DNA from: Trichechus inunguis
Lineage: Eukaryota
Assembly: GCA_046562895.1 (NCBI GenBank)
Contig: CM102154.1
Coordinates: 28,141,733 to 28,205,732 of the forward strand
Direction: 5' to 3'
DNA: 64,000 nucleotides
Position 1 is the first letter of the stretch. Each line of letters starts with the position of its first letter. Below, piece after piece: positions 56,896-64,000 of the stretch. The notes under the pieces were generated by a model. It did no database searches and was not told the DNA's origin. It saw nothing but the letters and a program-made list of their open reading frames with translations. The translations under genes were made by a program, and so were the position numbers.

Positions 56896-57751
56896 CAACA
56901 TGTAGTGTATTATAATCCCAGAGTTGCAGAAGCACCTCCTTGCCACTGCCCCCAGAAAAAAGAAGAGGCTGTGAAACAAGACTCAAGTGGGGGGCCGATT
57001 GAAGAGAAGGAGGTATGAACAGAGGGGAGTACACATGGGACTTGCCTTTTGAAGGCCTAAATAAGGCCATTTTCTCCTTGGAATATACCTTACATAATTA
57101 TCCCAACTTCAGGGCCTGTCTGCCCCACTAGCTGCCCCATCAGTGACAGAATAGCATATGCAAGTACCTCATTTTAGTCCAATGAGGATTCAATCATCTG
57201 ATCTGAGAGATTGGTGATACAGAAGGATAGTGTGTGGGACAAAGAACTTGGTTTGGCCTTTATCTCTGGTTTCTGAAAATAGCCTTTTAAATTACCCAGC
57301 AATCCAAGGTGTCTTTGTGTTCTAAAATAGCCAGGCAACACTTAAACATGTGTAAATGAGTTTGGAACCCCCAACCCCACCCTGGCAACAAACCTCAGAA
57401 AGGGAGGGGGCACGATACAGTCAATCATGAATATTTGTTGATTAGATCAGTCACAACTAAACATCATGGCCCCAGTCCTGAATAGTTATTGAGGCCCTAA
57501 GGACTAAGAAACACTGGACCTTGGAGCTCTCTCTTTGGGGGCGTCCTGAATTGGTAGGAAAATGTATGCAAAGGATCATGTGGCATGTCCCGGGGGGCAA
57601 TGGAAGCCCTGTGCCAGGAACTCTCCCAGACCTTGCCTGATGTGTCTCTTTGCTTGTATGCCTTCTTACGCGTTCGTGGGCTCATGAAGAAGACAGACGT
57701 GTATACAAGACACAAAAATACAAGGCATAATGTGCTAAGTACTATATTAGA

Positions 57752-57940
57752 CTGGAGCCCTGGTGTCACAGTGGTTAAGCACTTTGCTGCTAACCAAAAT
57801 GTCGGCAGTTTGAACCTACCAGCTGCTCCACAGGAGAAAGATGTGGCAGTCTGCTCCCATGAAAATTATAGCCTTGGAAACCTATGGGGAAGTTCTACTC
57901 TGTCTTATAGGGTTGCTATGAGTCAGCAATGGGTTTACTA
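57752..57940 (+). mobile_element. AfroSINE
   Basis: Contains ggagccctggtgtcacagtggttaagcactttgctgctaaccaaaatgtcggcagtttgaacc.... Confidence 0.88.
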
Positions 57941-58431
57941 TGTTAGACTAAGGGATTAACTATGGGTTACACGGGAGAAAGGGCCTTGGCCAACTTCCTG
58001 GAGGAGATAGACTTTGAACTGGGTAGTGAAGGCCTCTGATAAGAAGCTGGGGAGTAGGAAGTCCATTTGTTTCACCTGATTTTTTCTCCTTTGTGGATGA
58101 TGATCTTTAGATGCATAATGTGTTTCTTTTGAATCTAACCACAGGGCCACTTTAAAGCATCACACAAGCTGTGATATATGGACAAGCACTTACTTAACTC
58201 CTTAGCAACTTGACACCTCAGAGGAGCCTTCTAATCCGTCTGAAAGCAGCAGCAGCCAATCAGCAGATTACAAGAACCTCAAGGCCTTCTACCTTCTGAC
58301 TCAAAACAACCCTGCATTTGGTCTCTGCCCTGTTGACATTTACCTACATTTTTCTACCCCTTCCTTCAAGGACCATTCTTTCCCCACTGTGAGCCATCCT
58401 TCCCTGACAGACCTCCCTTATGAGGTGGATT

Positions 58432-58605
58432 AAAACCAAACCAAAGAAAACCATTGCTGTCAAGTCAATTCCAACTCATAGTGACCCTATAGGACAGAGT
58501 AGAGCTGTCCCATAGGGTTTCCAAGGAGTGGCTGGTGCATTCAAACTGCCAACCTTTTGGTTAGCAGCTGGACTCTTGACCACTATGCCACCAGGGCTCC
58601 AAGGT
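58432..58605 (-). mobile_element. AfroSINE
   Basis: Contains aaaccattgctgtcaagtcaattccaactcatagtgaccc...ggtgcattcaaactgccaacc...ccagggctcc. Confidence 0.85.
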
Positions 58606-59769
58606 AGATTAAAGAAGACCACAAATTCTTTGCTACTCCTCCCATTGAGAACTGGAGTCTAATTCCTCACTTCTTAAATCTGGGCTGACCTAGTTACTTG
58701 CTTGACCGATATAATGTGGCAGAAGTGACATTCTAGGAGTTCTGAGGTTAGGTTATAAGAAGCTTTGCACCTTTCACTCAGGACTCTTGGAAAATCCCTC
58801 TGGGAGCCCTGAACTACCAAGAAAGAAATCCAACTACCCTGAGACTACCAAACTGATGAGGCTATGTGTAGGTGCTTCAGTTAACAATCCCAGCTGAGCC
58901 CAGCCTTACAGCCATCCCCACCAGGGCACTGGACATGTGAACAAAGCTCTCTTGGACCCTCCAGACCAGCCCTTCTACCAGCTGAATATCACTAAGTAAC
59001 TTCTATCAATGACACATGGAAGAGAAGAATCATCTAGCCAATCCCTGCCTAATCTTAAGTGAAATTAGTAATGCATAAAATTATGAGATGTAATAAAATA
59101 TTTATTGTTTTAAACGACTAAGTTTTGGGGCAGTTTGTTATGAAGCAATAGGTAACTGAAACACTAGACCTGCAAAGTTTAAGGCTAGTTTACACCAGGT
59201 TACTAGTTTACAGTGCAATCATCCCACTCCCCCTAAACCTTTGCAATCATCTAATTCCTGTAGCGGAATTGCTCATCCTGAGAGGTAGGTCAGCTGAGGT
59301 AGATGCTGACCTATGTGGCAAGCGTATCAGCCTGGGCAAGGAGACTCAGATCCATGGAATTGATGATGCTCACTCATCACTCATTCAACAAATATTTATT
59401 GATTACCTACTACTGATGGGTATTATCAAATTAATTAACATCTGAACTAACCCCTAGGATGTATGCAGTAAAGTCAAGTTCCCCAGAGTTAGGGTCAATA
59501 AATACAATGCATCATTGTGTTGATCCATAGGGTTCAGTAGTCCCTCCTACCTTTTTACCTTAGTATCTGGTCTTTATAATCAGGGAGATGGCCCTGTTTT
59601 TCAGCCTAAAGAGGTTTTGGGAAGAAATCTTTGCATACGGTAATAAATAGATTTAGTGTGTTTCTCCCATGTTGTTGTTGTTAAGTGTCACTGAGTCAAT
59701 TTTCAACTCATAGACCCCATGTAACAGAGTAGAACTGCCCCATAGGGTTCCCTAGGCTGTAATCTTTAT

Positions 59770-60180
59770 GGTCTTCCAATGAATAAGGAAGACTGAAGAA
59801 GAATTGATGCATTTGGATTATGGTATTGGCAAAGAATACTGAATATACCATGGACTGCCAAAAGAACAAATCTGTCTTGGAAAAAGTACAGCCATTCATT
59901 AGAAGCGAGGATGGTGAGACTTTATCTCAGATACTTTGGACATGTTATCAGGAGGGACCAGTCCCTGGAGAAGGACATCATGCTTGATAAAATAGACGGT
60001 CAGTAAAAAAGAGGAAGACCCTCAATGAGATGGATTGACACAGTGGCTGCAACAATGGCCTCAAGCATAACAACGATTGTGAAGATGGCACAGGACTGGG
60101 CAGCATTTTGTTCTGTTGTACATAGGGTATGAGTCAGAATGAACTTGATAGCACATAACAACAAAAACAATCTTTACTGA
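59770..60180 (+). mobile_element. AfroSINE-related composite SINE (AfroLA-like; different body, same tail)
   Basis: Body reads ...aagaggaagaccctcaatgagatggattgacacagtggctgcaacaatggcctcaagcataacaacgattgtgaagatggcacagg... Ends with the AfroSINE-type tail ctgttgtacatagggtatgagtcagaatgaacttgatagcacataacaac. Family assignment is from memory. Confidence 0.5.
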
Positions 60181-60285
60181 AACAGATCACCAGGTCTTTC
60201 TCCCACTGAGCCACTGGGTGGGTTTCAACTGCCAACCTTTCAGTTAGCAGCCAAGTGCTTAACCTCTGTGCCACCAGGGCTCCTT
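60180..60285 (-). mobile_element. AfroSINE 5'-half fragment
   Basis: Contains ccactgggtgggtttcaactgccaacctttcagttagcagccaagtgcttaacctctgtgccaccagggctcc. Confidence 0.75.
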
Positions 60286-62464
60286 TTATGTTGCTCCCAT
60301 AGATTCTCCTATCTTTTGTGTGAAAAATTAATGTCAGCTTCCATGCCCTTTTGGGACACTGGTTAAAGAGCATGAGCACTAAGTAACACCTGCTGACTAA
60401 AATCCAGTCAAAAGGTTTCTTCAGTACCTGCTTCTTGCTTATTAGCAAACACATGTTTGAACATACTAAGGAAGTAGAGGCCATTTTGAGTGGCAATATT
60501 TCAGGTTTGTAACAACATTGAAAACTTGCCCAAGTTGACTGTGGAAGTCACTATGGCCAGGCACTCTAGCCTCCTCCCTCAGTATATCAGAGCACTAACC
60601 TCTGAGTTCCCTTTCTTAGGCACACTCTAGAGGCTGCTGTAAGACCTGCTGGAACTGTGCAACCAATTAAGTTAAGAGGGGTTGACATTGTTGCTTTTGC
60701 TCTTGGAGAATCTATAAAGAGAAAAAGTGAAACCATCTGGTCTGGAGGGGAGAGACCAGAACAAATATGAAGATTAGGTAATCTCTTAGCAGACTCTTGT
60801 GAGGGCCTGAGAAGAGGAGTTCCAGGCTGTTGACTAGGGATTCCTCGAGGTTCTGAACAGATAGATAGAGCAATCCTGCCTGTCATGGATTGAATTCTGT
60901 CCCCCAAAAATATATGTATGAATTTGGTTAGGCTTTATTCCCAGTATTGTGTAATTGTCCACCATTTTGTCTTCTAATGTGATTTTCCTGTGTGTTGTAA
61001 ATCCTATGTCTATAATGTTAATCAGATGGGATTGGTAGCAGTTACGTTCATGAGACAGGACTCAATCTACAAGATCAGATTCTGTCTTAATCCAATCTCT
61101 TTTGATATATAAAAGAAAGAATTGAGCAGAGAGACAGGGGGACCTCATACCACCAAGAAAGCAGCACCAGGAGCAGAGTGTGTCCTTTGGACCTGAGGTT
61201 CCTGCCCAGAGAAGCTCCTAGACCAAGGGAAGACTGATTACAAGGACATTCCTCCAGAACCAATAGAGAGAGAAAGAATTCCCCTAGAGCTGGTGCTCTG
61301 AATTTAGACTTCCAGCCTCCTACACTGTGAGAGAATAACTTTCTCTTTATTAAAGCCATCCACTTGCGGTATTTCTGTTATAGCAGCACTAGATGACTAA
61401 GACAGTGCCCATGGCTTGCTAGTCACCTATCTAGTTGGAGACAAATGTGTTCTTATTCCCTAACTACTCATTCATTTTCTCATTGGACAGTACAATTGGT
61501 TCAAAGGGTGTAAATAACTTGTCCAAATTTAAATAGCTTATTAACTGCAGATCTGGGCCTGGAACACAAGTGTCTTGATTCCCTGTCCAGTGCTTGGCCA
61601 CAGGAGCACTGGCTCCCTTTGACATTTCTCTGACATTAAAGTCTACAAAAGACCACTGTTAAAATGAAATATTGCCCTGGAGGCTTTTTTCATGAACACA
61701 TTAAAGGCGTGGTCAGCGGTCTACGAGTCTTGGAAGACTTGAAAGACAAGTCAGGGGTCCGCCTGAGTAATATTATTATCACAAAAATAGTCATGCTGAA
61801 AACAAAATCAGGACACCTGATCCCCCTTAGGATTTCATTGCTGCTTTTAGATAAACAGGGCACTTGGGAAGTAAATTTCGAAGGTCAAAATAGTGGACTT
61901 GAGGGAACATATTAATGGTTTATAGGAATAATGGAATGAAAATATTGGAATTTGGGACTGTCCCAGGAGAACTGGAATACTTGGCCACCATGTTAGAGTC
62001 ATCAAGGTGGGAGTAGAGATAGTACAGCATATGATTACACATGTACTCTGAAGTCCAAAAGGTCTGTGTTTAAATGCTGCTCTGTTACTGATTAGCCGTG
62101 TGATCTAGGCTACAGAAGAAAATAGGGTTTATAATCTTATAAACCCTGAATGGGGCCAGAAACCTGTCCTTGAGTCTACAGTAAGATCAGATGATGCTGA
62201 TGTGGCAAAGGGGTCAGACAAGGTCCTCCATTTGAGAAGTTTCACCTGGTTTATAGTATTCATAACAGTTCCTATCATAGCCATGCATTCTGTAACTCTT
62301 GGGAATACAGCAAAGAGGCAGAAATTAAGGTCATAATGAGGGATTTGTGGTAGGGTTGTAGGGTTCTATGTAACTGTGGGGGACAGCATTGTCAGTGGTG
62401 ACCTTAGCTGTCGAGAGGTAGTGATACTGTCTGTAGGATACATATATACACTACCTTCATGTCT

Positions 62465-62625
62465 GGAGCTCTGGTGGCACAGTGATTAAGCGTTGGGCTG
62501 CAAACCAAAAGGTTGGCAGTTCGAATCCACCAGCCACTCCTTGGAAACCCCATGAGGCATTTTTACCCTATCCTATGGGGTTACTATGAGTTGGAATTGA
62601 CTTGACAGCAATGGGTTTGGTGTTT
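62465..62625 (+). mobile_element. AfroSINE
   Basis: Contains ggagctctggtggcacagtgattaagcgttgggctgcaaaccaaaaggttggcagttcgaatcc.... Confidence 0.88.
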
Positions 62626-62949
62626 TTGGTTTTACCTTCATGTCTAGGAAATAGAAAGAATGACAGTGCTGAAAGTGCTAAGTCTGAACTAGTGATGGTG
62701 GTACATGTAAGTGGAGGTGAGGGCTGCTGAAAAAGATCAGACTAGAACCCAGCTGAGCCATTAAGGCTAGAGGTGTAAAATAGGTGAGCTTTCTGAAGGG
62801 GACCAAAAAGCAAGATAAAAAAAAGGATGTGGGCAACCCAGAATTAGGCATAGGAGACAAAGACCCATAAAGTTCCATACTGAGTACTAAAGAAGTTGAT
62901 CTGTATGCCCAATCCTATCAAGTTCCTGAGTCAATCTTGCAAAGATGGG

Positions 62950-63965
62950 AGGGATATTAGAAATTCCACCCTCACTAAAGGAGGACAAGGGAAGGGGAGG
63001 GATGGAGGTGGTATCAAAAACACTTTGGCTCATTAACTGATTTACCAAAGATAAAAGTTCTGGGCCTCTATGCACTCTCCAAAATGTAGCCTTTCTACAA
63101 TAGATAAGTGGTATCTTGGGTGAAGGGTGAGACAGTACACAATACAGGAGAAACTAGCACAAGTTGTACTAGGAAAGGTCATGGAAGCTCCATAGACACA
63201 TCCAAACTCCCTGAGGGACTGAATTGCTGGGCAGAGGGCTCTGGGGACCATGGTCTCGGGGAACATCTAGCTCAATTGGCATGACACAGCTTATAAAGAC
63301 AATGCTCTACATTCTACCTTGGCGAGTAGTGTCTGGGGTCTTAAAAGCCTGTGAGCGGCCATCTAAGATACTCCACTGGTCTCATCCCTTCGGGAGCAAG
63401 GGAGGATGAAGAGAACAGGATACAAGGAAAAGATTAGTCCAAAGGACTAATTGTCCAAAGCTACCAAGGCCTCCACCGGACTGAGTCCAGTACAGCTAGA
63501 TGGTGCCCGGCTACCACCACTGACTGCTCTGACCAGGATCACAACAGAGGGTTCTGGACAGAGCTGGAGAAGGATGTAGAGCATAATTCTAACCCACAAA
63601 AAAAGACCAGATTTACTGGCCTAAAGGAGACTGGAGAAACCCCGAGAGTGTGGCCCCCAGACACCCTTTTAGCTCAGTGGTGAAGTTACCTCCAAGGTTC
63701 ACGGTTCAGCCTGGGAGTGGACAGCCCCATAAAACCAAATGAGACGAACAAGGTACAGGAGTCCAGTGACAAGGGCCAGAAAGCAGAAGGGGACAAGGAA
63801 GCTGGTGATAGGGAACCCAAGGTTGAGTAAGGATATTGTTGATGTGTTGTGAGATTGTTAACCACTGTCATAGGGCAACATTTGTAGTAACTGTTAAATG
63901 AGAAACTATTTTGTTCTGTAAGCCTTCATCTTAAGTGAGAATAACAGCACAATTGTAAGAGCGTA
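62950..63965 (+). mobile_element. L1 3' UTR
   Basis: Matches the 3' UTR of 29460-31195 (ggtctggggaccatggtctc...gccatctaagatactccactggtc). Confidence 0.85.
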
Positions 63966-64000
63966 GTCAATGTCACTGAACTGTGCATGTAGAAATTTTT

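Noticed and set aside
1-64000. CRISPR arrays, prokaryotic defence or other operon-like systems
   Set aside because: The sequence is clearly eukaryotic: spliced genes with GT-AG introns, SINE/LINE content and a CpG island. It contains no direct-repeat/spacer arrays.

Overview
This is eukaryotic (mammalian) DNA, not a prokaryotic locus. About 30 tRNA-derived AfroSINE copies ('ggagccctggtggcacagtggttaag...') and several L1 3' ends point to an Afrotherian (elephant-like) genome. The window holds two well-known, convergently transcribed genes. PARP2 is on the + strand: coding exons 2-16 lie at 693-9737, the stop is at 9735-9737 and the AATAAA signal at 9826-9831; exon 1 is upstream of the window. 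TEP1 (telomerase-associated protein 1) is on the - strand: 54 coding exons run from the ATG at 49949-49951 down to the stop at 12683-12685. Together they encode the N-terminal ~30-aa repeats, TROVE region, NACHT P-loop GQSGQGKT/Walker B and a long WD40 array. A CpG island at ~53740-54160 is the likely TEP1 promoter and untranslated first exon. I see no CRISPR array, RNA genes or novel system; 50-64 kb is repeat-dense intergenic sequence with no recognisable exons. The points worth a second look are: (1) tail-to-tail 3' ends of PARP2 and TEP1 and which TEP1 polyA site is used; (2) an in-frame stop in the alternative-donor extension of PARP2 exon 2; (3) an ambiguous, apparently lineage-specific TEP1 linker exon; (4) inverted AfroSINE pairs in TEP1 introns; (5) nested AfroSINE-into-L1 insertions. 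All exon boundaries were placed by hand from translation and splice motifs and cross-checked where possible against the supplied ORF track; human protein comparisons are from memory.
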